Part shown: piece after piece, positions 54,144 through 64,000 of the stretch
How the letters are laid out: every line of letters begins with the position of its first letter
How positions within the stretch are numbered: the stretch's first letter is position 1
NCBI GenBank assembly: GCA_964016885.1
Contig: OZ024746.1
Location: forward strand, 97,216,001 to 97,280,000
Source of the DNA: Eledone cirrhosa
Lineage: Eukaryota
Direction of reading: 5' to 3'
Length of the DNA: 64,000 nt
Translations under genes and position numbers: made by a program
Notes under the pieces: generated by a model
The model's database searches: none
Seen by the model: only the letters and a program-made list of their open reading frames with translations
Told to the model about the DNA's origin: nothing

Positions 54144-54420
54144 TTTGTTCTACATGTTTTATATATATATATATATATATAAAACCTGTAGAACAAATAT
54201 TTATTATTACTAGAAATTATATATATATATATATAAAATCCTTATCGAGCTCTCTTCGGATTTAGGTCTTCATAATTATTATTACTATATATATATATAT
54301 CTATATATATATATATACATATATATATATACATATATATATACATATATATCATCATCATCATCGCCATCATCGTTTAATGTCTATCTTCCACGCTAGT
54401 ATGGGTTAGACAGGAATTGT

Positions 54421-54458
<38 letters not shown>

Positions 54459-54849
54459 TATATGTATATATATATGTATATATATATATACACACATATA
54501 TATACATATATATATACATATATATACTTTTAGATATATATATCATCGTCAACATCATCATTTTACGTCCGCTTTTCCCTGCTTGCAAGGGTGGGACAGG
54601 TTCTCACACCATCTCTCCACTTGTCATGGTCTTTCATCATCTCCACATATATATTAGATATTAATTTAACAACAAAAACAACAACAAAGTCAAGTTATTT
54701 TCCTATTCATATCATTGCTTTACGATTGTTTCGGAGGGTTGATCATATTGACATATTGACTGATCTATTGTAGTTATATAACTGTATACTATCAGACATC
54801 ATATATTCATATATAGGTTCAATCAAACCGCCTTCGACATGTATATATG

Positions 54850-54896
<47 letters not shown>

Positions 54897-55334
54897 TCAG
54901 GCCCATGCATACACAAATGCATAACAGCAGTCAACTAAAGAATAAAAATGATTATTTCTTTCTAATGAACAGTAAAGGTGAGATTATTTGCAGCTTTACC
55001 CCGAGTACTGCACAACTGTCTCTTCTCAGATGCAACGTAGAATCATTAGAATTGGCATTGTGTTTCATTTACAAAATATATAAAAATGGATTTTACATGA
55101 TTGATAATCATGTGACCTTTCTGGTGGCTATCATCATCATCATTATCGATTAACGTCTGTCTTCCACGCTAACATCGGTTAGACGGGTTTGTCCCATTTA
55201 GAAGCAAGTTAGGTCAGGTGACCATGTCTTGCTCATATAGGAGAGTTTCTGGCTGGTTTACTACACTGGATGCCCTTCCTAACGCCAACCACATTGACAG
55301 TGTGTGCTGGGTGCTTTTTGCCTATTAAAAGAAA

Positions 55335-55615
55335 ATTAGACCCTCTTCGGTCACAAATAACCATGGGATTTTCACCTAGAAAGTTCCCCTCTGAGGCACA
55401 AGTCTGGGCAAAGTTGTTTGAGGAAGACCAGCCATCGCCCATACATACCAGTCTTCCTTCTCCATGCCACCGATGTTGTCCAAGGAAAAGGCTATGGCTG
55501 ATACATGTGGGTACCAGTGATATCGCAACTCATTTCTACAGCTGAGTGAACTGGAGCAACATGAAATAAAGTATCTTGCTCAAGAGCACAACGCATCACC
55601 AGATCTGAGAATCAA
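55335..55615 (-). mobile_element. SINE variant, same as 2229-2545
   Basis: Reverse-complement homology to 2229-2545. Confidence 0.8.
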
Positions 55616-56153
55616 AATGACAACATCGTGGTTTATTATGGCGTGACTAAAATGACCAGCCTCAGAAAGACAAACACAGTCACAAATTTGAACATGAGAA
55701 AAGATCATTAATATCTATGGATTTGTTTATCTTGTTTCACATTTCAATTCTGTGTATTCAATGTGATTTTCCACAAAATACTTTTGCTCTCTAACATAAT
55801 ATGTATTACATCTTTCTTCCGTTTTCCAAGAGCTAAGAAGGCCCCATAGCAGCCATGCAACATCCATTTTGAGAAAAATCTTTATCTGCTTCGGGTCCAA
55901 AAGGGGTCTTGTACTGTCTTGCAAAATTTCTCTTGGAGGCCCTGAATAATAGAAGTATGGAAGTGTAGTTAAGGAGTAAGCTCCATATGGTTTCATGTTC
56001 ATTCTAAAAGAGTGAGACTCTATACAAGTGTCTTCTACCACAGACCAATGGCTTGTGAGTGAAATTTCACAGTCAAAAACTGTGTGAAAGCTCATTATGT
56101 CTGTGTCTGTGTGCATGTGTGTGTGCCTGTGTGAGTGTGAGTGTGTGTCTGTG

Positions 56154-56370
56154 TTAACCCTTTAGCATTTAAACTGGCCATGTCCAGCCAGAATTCTCTC
56201 ACCTCTTTCTGTTCAAATGAGCCATAACCAGCTGCTTATACTTATGTTGATGCATTGTTCTCCAAATAAATAATATCAAAATCTCATAGATTTGATATTA
56301 TGGGAGATAAATTGTTTTACCATGAAAATATAATAGCATATATAGAGTAATGTAAATGCTATAGAGTTAA
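56154..56370. mobile_element. TTAA MITE copy
   Basis: ttaaccctttagcattt ... aaatgctatagagttaa. Confidence 0.8.
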
Positions 56371-56924
56371 TGTTTACTATTTGTTAATGTCTTGCAACTT
56401 AACAATTTAAAATTTGAAGTACTTTGTTAAAAACAATATTTACGCACTATCACATATCCATTCTTCTATAAGTATAAACAATTTACTCATTCAGTTGGTA
56501 TTCCTGTCAATCTGGGAATGGAGTAGTTGTAGTGGTCTTTAGCAAATCTGTTAACTTGATTCCTAGCTGTCTCCTGATTCTACAATATAAATTTCTTTAT
56601 CTTAAAGTCCTTATTACCAACATCCTCTGTGTCCTTTTTATTCATTTTTACATTTTTACATGGGTTAGATGAGTCCTTGCCAGTACAACATTTCCACTTT
56701 TTTCTTTTCTCATCTCTGTCATGAAATTTAGTCTTTAGTTCAGCTTTTGCTATGCCTGCCCATCTTTTTCTTTCATTCCTTTCACTTGGAAATGTTTCAC
56801 CCAATGATCAGCATCCATTAACATTAAAGGTTCATACCAATGCAGTTTTCCTTCAGACACACAGCTAAACATGTTTCATAAGAACCTTTGTTAAGTTATG
56901 TTCTAAACTCTAGCTTAATAATGT

Positions 56925-57080
56925 TTTCTGATTTAGGCACAAGGTCAACAATTTGGGAGAGGGGGAAAGTCGATTAGATCGACCCCAGTGCGTGACTGGT
57001 ACTTTATCTTATCGACCTCGTAAGGATGAAAGGCAAAGCTAACCTTGGCAGGATTGAACTCAGAACATAAAGGGGCAGAA
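56925..57080 (-). mobile_element. SINE family B, 5'-truncated
   Basis: Reverse complement of the longer variant. Confidence 0.8.
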
Positions 57081-57924
57081 CTGAGTTCAAACCCCGTCTA
57101 GCTTAATAATGATCAAGATATATTACTAAATCCCTCCAAATTCTTTATTATTTTTAAACATTATTTTAAAATAAACAGATACTTTCATTATTTAAAAATA
57201 TGGTAACAAAAGGGTTACATGAAAGTAGTGTTTGGTACTGAAAAATTTGGGAACTATAGAACTAACTAATTCAATGTTTTCCATCAATTTCCCTCTCAAA
57301 AATCAATGTTATTTTCTAATCACACTAGTGTCAAACCTACAGGAAATTAGTGAAATATTATCAGAAATAATTCACACAAGAAACCATTAGAAAACTACAA
57401 ATTACTGCAAGTTGAATTGAATATTAGAATATGTCAGCAGAGTTTATGGCTGTCCAATTGTATAAAGTGACAAGGCTTCAGCAATTGACAGAACTGTGAA
57501 ACAGAATAATCAGATCAAAGATAATCATTTCAGAAAATCTAATGGATCTCTGCTGAAATACTTTCATGGAATGTGTGTTAGCGCCTTTCATGAAATGTGT
57601 GCTAGCATATATGTCCGTGCTGCTTTGAATGTAATTTTATATCAATTTATACACACACACATATATATATCCATATGTAACATATCATCATAATCATCAC
57701 AACCGTTTTACGTGTATTGTCAATGTTTGTATGAATAAGAGAGCTTGTCACAATTTCAGGCTAAACAGGGTAGATGACTGTCTTTCCCTTATATGTTATG
57801 TTCTGGTCTGGATGGCTTTTCTAACACCAACAATTAACAACATGTAACAAGGTGCATTTCTCATGGCACCAGAATACCATATTTTAGGGTGGATTTGGAG
57901 CATTTTCTCATGGTAGCAGCACTG

Positions 57925-57988
<64 letters not shown>

Positions 57989-58199
57989 CATTCATATCAT
58001 CATCATCATCACCATTTTAAATTTGCTTTTCCGTGCTTGCATGTGTCAGATGGGTTCTTTCCAGTACAGCTTCCAACCAATCATTTCAGTTCTTTATAAT
58101 CCCCTCTGTGATATATATACACACACATATATAGTCTGCCCCAAGTGGCGCCAACAGAGAAACCAACTGTACAAGTCAGCAGTGGTGAATTAAGTAATG

Positions 58200-58950
58200 C
58201 AATTAAGGATATGAGACAGGCAAAGCAGCTGGGCGGCCATCAGGAATAGTTGCTGAGATGCTGAAAGCTTTGGGGATCGTGGGACAATCCCCAAAGCTTT
58301 CATAAACTACGATGTATTATAAACGAAGTAATACAAAATGGTGCTATATACAATAACTGGCATCACGCATCATCGTCAACTGTTACAAGGGCAAAGATGA
58401 TGCTCTAGTCAGAGGAAAGTACTGAGGCATCAAACTGATGGATCAGGTTATGAAATTTACAGCGAGAGACATTGTACAACTGATTAAGTATCAAATTAAC
58501 TTAGATGAGATGCAGTTTAGATTTGTGCCAAGTGAAAGCACCACAGCACTTTGTGAGACAACTGCAGACGAAGTACCTAGTTAAAAGCAAATCCCTCTAT
58601 TTGGCATTGGTTGACCTGGAGAAAGCATTTGACTGGGTCCCCCATTCTGTAATTTGTGGCCACTTAGGAAACTAGGGATGGATGAGTGGCTTGTGAAGGC
58701 AGTACAAGTCATGTACAGAGGTTCTGTGAGTAAGATTAAAATTAATAATGACTATAGTGAGGAGTTTGGCATGCAAGTTTGTGTCCACTGGGGCTCTGTT
58801 CTTAGCCCTTTCTTGTTTATTATCATCCTCCAACTATAAAGGAGGAGTTTAAAACAGGATGCACTTCGGAACACCTGTGTGCTGATGGTTGAACTCTGAT
58901 AGCTGAATATATGGCAGAACTAGAAATAAATTCCTGACTTGGAGGCATAA
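58200..58950 (+). mobile_element. RTE-clade LINE reverse transcriptase pseudogene fragment
   Basis: AEMLKA, YKGKDDAL, LDEMQFRF, LALVDLEKAFDWVP, LRKLGMDEWLVKAVQVMY, VHWGSVLSPFLFII, with stops and frameshifts. Confidence 0.88.
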
Positions 58951-59381
58951 TTTGCATGTCATAAGAAGGTCTCTGATTATAAAGTATTGCCTCAAAAAGT
59001 CTAGTTCACCCAAATTTGCATGATAAGTTGAAGTAAAAATGACGATATATATATATCAGTATAACATCATCATTTTAATCTAATTTCCATTATATAAATT
59101 TATAAACTTAAGAAAATTAACAAAGAGAGGACGAGACAAAATGAAAAAAATTGTTTTAAGCAGAAACCTTGAAAACTTATTTAAAATAAATAAAAATACA
59201 AACGAAGGACACATAACTCCATGGTCACAGTGTCTGACACAAGCCAAATGTTGTCAAGTGGAGTAAGAGATGAGGAACAAAAACTTTAATTTATAGCAAT
59301 TAAGCTACAAGTACATATATATAAGTTATTCCGGGTTGAATCGGGGGTAATACATAGCAGAGTATAAATGTTTGGACAGCC

Positions 59382-59432
59382 AGCTTCCTGATGATTTCTC
59401 ACGAATGAAACAGTTCTAGTCCTGTAGAAGCT
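59382..59432 (+). ncRNA. Type-I hammerhead ribozyme motif with intact core, same family as 16735-16785
   Basis: AGCTTC-CTGATGA-tTTC-tcac-GAAt-GAAA-CAG-ttctagtc-CTG-TA-GAAGCT. Confidence 0.8.
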
Positions 59433-59446
59433 CTTCTATATATATA

Positions 59447-59570
59447 TATGAAAATGTTTGACCCCAATGGCAGATCTCAAGCCGTTTCGACGGCTATTTC
59501 TGTCCAGAAATAGTCCAGAAATAGCCGTCGAAACAGCTTGAGCTCTGCCATTGGGGTCAAATATTTTTAT
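59447..59570. repeat. Palindrome built from a hammerhead 3'-half fragment
   Basis: tttgaccccaatggcagatctcaagccgtttcgacggctatttctg / cagaaatagccgtcgaaacagcttgagctctgccattggggtcaaa. Homologous to 11146-11208 and 59823-59880. Confidence 0.85.
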
Positions 59571-59668
59571 ATTACCCACTCTACTATTGAGTACTCTGGT
59601 TCCTTACCACAACTCCTTCGTTATATATATACTTCCGAGCAATATAAGGAACACTTTTCATTATTTAT

Positions 59669-59708
59669 GCCCTTGAGAAGCCCAACTGGGCGAAACGTAC
59701 GTAGGTGC
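59669..59708 (+). ncRNA. Minimal hammerhead motif with U3-A8 core variant
   Basis: GCCC-TTGAGAA-GCCC-aact-GGGC-GAAA-C-GTAC-G-TA-GGtGC. Loop 3 is the palindrome GTAC. Confidence 0.7.
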
Positions 59709-59762
59709 TGTTTTAAATAAACATGTTTTAACGGTCTATTCTCCGATTTTTTACTTTCCCAC

Positions 59763-59825
<63 letters not shown>

Positions 59826-60063
59826 AACAAGTATGACTCCGACAGCAGAGCTCAAGCCGTTTCAGCGGCTAATTCTGGACTAAATCATTTAGTCCTATTA
59901 CCCACTCTACTACCCTAAGTATTGAGTACTTTGGTGCGTTATGGTCCATCTGGTTCCTTACCACATTTCCTTTGTTATATATATATATATATATATGATA
60001 AACAAATAGTTTATCGCTCTACATGGCTGAATACAATAAATGTAATTTGAGTTTTTCCAATAT

Positions 60064-60205
60064 TAATAATAATATTTGATTTGTTTGCAATAATGCAAAC
60101 AGCCTCTTTAAGCCATGTCAGTAGAATGACCTCGTCATTCTTGCTCTTGTGTTGGCATTAATGAGGCTGTTTGTATAATTGCAAACGAATCAAATATTAT
60201 TATTA
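60064..60205. mobile_element. Short member of the (TAA)n-flanked long-TIR MITE family
   Basis: aatatttgatttgtttgcaataatgcaaacagcctc ... gaggctgtttgtataattgcaaacgaatcaaatatt. Confidence 0.75.
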
Positions 60206-60495
60206 ATGTCTCGCTGAGGTTACCTTTGCCTTTCATCCTTACGGGATCGATAAAATAAAGTACCAGTAATACACTGGGATAATTGCTGGCCTTATGCCAA
60301 AAGTAGAAACAATTATTAATATTCAAAAAACTCAGATTGCATTATATAAACACACACACACATATACACATGTGTATATGTGTGTGTATATATATATATA
60401 TATACACACACACATATATATCATCATCATCATCATCATTTTACGCCCGCTCTTCCCTGCTTGCAAGGGTGGAATATATATATATGTATATATAT

Positions 60496-60570
<75 letters not shown>

Positions 60571-62384
60571 AGTGTGTGCATTCACAGCTATATGTATTAG
60601 TTTATCCACATATTACGTTTTCTTTCACCTGTTTACACAACCAAAGCTGTGTATGCATATATGTGTGCGTGTATATATATATATATACATATGTGTGTAT
60701 ATATATATCTGTGTGTGCGTGTGTGTGCATGTTTTCATGTTAATTGTTTCCTACCAATATTACTTGGACTTGTCCATGCCTGTTTGTACGATATCATGTG
60801 ACATCGTTCCATGTGACCATGGCGCCTTACTTATTTCATTTTTGTAATAATCACTGTGAAATATCACATACAGACTGACCTCGATAGCATGCACTTACAC
60901 AATATATCAACAAATTCTATTATTCCAGCATGACTTGTCTGTAATTGTATATTACAAGTTCAATGCAATACAATTATATTAACTATGTATTCAATACATA
61001 TATTAACAATTCTAATTACAACATTGGCAATGGAGACAAGGTGGGAAACAGTTTTGCATCATTATATGTGGATGCGTCAGTGCAAGATGCTTTAGACTAC
61101 TTTAAATATTTTGAAATTTACTTTTTGTAATTCAAGCCCTTCCATAATGCATGCATGCCCTCATGCACTGCAAGCAGCGCGTTGAGCCAGTGCTTATCCT
61201 GGTATCATGCCATGAAGCAACTCTGAGTACTAGACTCTCCCCTCCCCCACCTGGACGGGACACCCAGTCCACCGCAGAGTTAAACCCCAAGCTATTGCTC
61301 ATACTTATTTCCAGCTGAGTATACTGGAGTGACGTGAAATGAAGTGTTTTATTCAAGAACATCATGCAATCCAGTCTAGGAATCGAACACATGACATTAT
61401 GATCGTAAGTCCACCATCCTTACTGCTAGGCCACGTGTGTTCATAATAGAGCTGGCTAAATGTGGCCAGATACTTTTCTGTAACAATTAAGTGTTTTATT
61501 CCTTTGTCAAATTGAAACCATTTCCACAGAACATGATAATGATAATGTGCATCCAGTACATTCTGTAGTGTTAGTGTTTGTGCTATGATAAAATGCACCC
61601 AGTGGACTCTGTATAGTGCCACAATATAAAAAAGAACCCACCCATTATATACTGTAAAATGGTTGGTGTTATGAAATATATCCAGCCATAGCAACTGTGA
61701 TAAAATGCACCCAGGTGCCACAATATAAAAACAGAAACACTCATTATACACTGTAAAATGGTTGGTGTTATATCCAGCCACAGAAACCATGATAAAATAT
61801 AGAATGTATGAGCAAGATATAATTATCTGTTATTTCTTAGATTATGACAACCCATCCAACCTATGGTGGCATGGAAAATAGATGTGTGAAGATGATTATG
61901 GATGGAAGCATCCAAACAAGATTTAAAACAAAACACCACTACCAACATCAACACCACCACCATGCAACTCCTCTTGTCTAACAAAATAACTACTTTCCAA
62001 CAGGCTTCAAAGCACTGAAAAGTACTATGGCTGTTTCTAGCTTGAACAAATAATTAAAATCTTAAATAATATGCAATTTTACTTTAAATTACACTAATAA
62101 GAAACACTAGTGTTACATATATAGCAGTTTTCTAAAGTAACTGGCAACAATAAAGCGAGCAGTACTGTCAATTATTCCATTTCTAGTTTCAGTTAATTAA
62201 CTGTTTGCAATTAGTATATCTCAAAGGGATTCATGATCAATCGAGGAACATGATTGGAGAAACAGATATAAATAACTTCTTTCTTAGAAGTAGAGTTTAT
62301 CTGAAGTATTGTAAGATATATGGTTCAAATTGTTCAGGAAAACCATTGCAATGTTACTTAGAAGTAAAGGAATGAAAACATAGT

Positions 62385-62495
62385 TGTCGGGGGGACTGGA
62401 TTGATGCCCTGCCTGTGGCCAACATTGGTGGGCTTCTCGGTCAAGACAAGCTCCACATCTCCATTGCACTTTGAGTGGGAGCCAATGTCTGTGGT
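62385..62495 (+). mobile_element. CRE-clade (RLE-type) non-LTR retrotransposon fragment
   Basis: GDWIDALPVANIGGLLGQDKLHISIAL*VGANVC matches the recalled post-RT motif GAWLxALPxxxLGxxL...RIAVALRLG. Confidence 0.6.
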
Positions 62496-62791
62496 AATGT
62501 TGTGAGCGTGTTGGCTTGCTTCAAAGTGACTCTTATGATGCGCAGTTGATTATCTCACTTGGTGGTGAACTGATGGTCATTTTCGTTTTTGTTTTCGCTT
62601 CCCCTTTTTCATTCTTTTTTTATTTTTCTAAATGTTTTCTCTTTTCTTCTTTCTCTCGCTCTGTTCATCTGTTTTGGTGCATTGTTTAGTAAAGTTCCAG
62701 GACATGGTTGGTTGTATTTGTTATATGTGTTTACATTTGTGTTTATCAATGACATTATATTTGTAATGTTATTTAAGTATATATATATAAA

Positions 62792-62890
62792 GTATTAAAT
62801 TAATAATGAAAATAATATCAACAAAGTCGAGTTATGAATAGGTAAAATAACTCGACTTTGTTGATATTATTTTCATTGTTAATTTAATAC
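62792..62890. repeat. TA-associated fold-back hairpin (44-bp arms, 11-nt spacer)
   Basis: gtattaaattaataatgaaaataatatcaacaaagtcgagttat followed by its near-exact reverse complement. Confidence 0.9.
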
Positions 62891-63002
62891 CTAATATCTG
62901 ACTCTGTATCTAAGGAATTAACTCAGCGGAACACGGAACTTTTCTATGGATTTCACTGGATTACTCTCCATCAGATTACATTGAGTTCTATCTATGGTAC
63001 TG

Positions 63003-63037
<35 letters not shown>

Positions 63038-63148
63038 GAAGGAAATGTGGTAAGGAACCAGATGGACCATAACGCACCAAAGTACTCAATACTTAGGGTA
63101 GTAGAGTTGGTAATAGGACTAAATGATATATATATATGTGTATGTATA

Positions 63149-63185
<37 letters not shown>

Positions 63186-63196
63186 ATGTATATATA

Positions 63197-63227
<31 letters not shown>

Positions 63228-63230
<3 letters not shown>

Positions 63231-63565
63231 ATCATCATCATCATCATCATCATTTTTATGTCCGCTTTTCCCTGCTTGCAAGGGTGGGACGGGAACTGAT
63301 TCTGGCTTGATTTCTACAACTGGATGCCCTTCCTAACACCAACCTCATTTACAGTGAGTGGTGGGTGCTTTTTTGCCGTGGCACCTCCACGACCACTTTG
63401 CAGTGGAATGATAGGGACCCCTGTCCCTATCATCTCATTTCTACGGCTGAGTAAACTGGAGCAATGTGAAATAAAGTGTCTTGTTCAAGGAAACAACACA
63501 TCACCTGGTCTGAGAATTGAACTCACAACCTTTTGATTGCAAGGCCTATGCTCTAACCCATGTGC

Positions 63566-63570
<5 letters not shown>
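63228..63570 (-). mobile_element. SINE family A
   Basis: Inside a TA tract; in tandem with the next copy. Confidence 0.9.
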
Positions 63571-63626
<56 letters not shown>

Positions 63627-63630
<4 letters not shown>

Positions 63631-63958
63631 TCATCATCATTCATCATCATTTCATTTTACGTCCACTTTTCCCTGCTTGCAAGGGTGGGACGGGAACAGA
63701 TTCTGGCTTGATTTCTACAGCTGGATGCCCTTCCTAACACCAACCTCATTTACAGTGAGTGCTGGGTGCTTTTATGCCGTGGCACCTCCACGACCACTTT
63801 GCAGTGGAATGATATGGAACCCAGTCCCTATCATCTCATTTCTACAGCTGAGTAAACTGGAGCAATGTGAAATAAAGTGTCTTGCTCAAGGAAACAACAC
63901 ATCACCCGGTCTGAGAATTGAACTCACAACCTTTCGATTGCAAGGCCAATGCTCTAAC

Positions 63959-63962
<4 letters not shown>
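63627..63962 (-). mobile_element. SINE family A
   Basis: Inside a TA tract; slightly 5'-truncated. Confidence 0.9.

Positions 63963-64000
<38 letters not shown>

Overview
AT-rich, microsatellite-dense eukaryotic DNA. The SINE families and (TA)n/(CAT)n/(TAA)n load suggest an octopus-like cephalopod genome (inference). Only one well-supported coding exon is present: a 216-nt phase 1-1 follistatin/Kazal exon on the minus strand (9301-9516), most like agrin, so most of the window is probably intron. The rest is a mosaic of two tRNA-derived SINE families, RTE-clade LINE fragments (one amplified into a 99-bp minisatellite), a CRE-clade fragment, a non-autonomous Helitron and several MITE families. 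The most unusual signal is a dense set (more than 10) of type-I hammerhead ribozyme motifs from several unrelated sequence families. They sit in short islands in or beside (TA)n tracts and are often duplicated as fold-back palindromes. They include a compensatory stem change between two copies, a U3-A8 core variant, long-stem-II forms and a recurrent non-canonical CAGAAGA core. This fits remnants of TA-targeting Penelope-like elements or retrozymes. All folds were read by eye, not computed, and repeat boundaries are approximate. Almost all ORFs in the supplied track are microsatellite or SINE artefacts.
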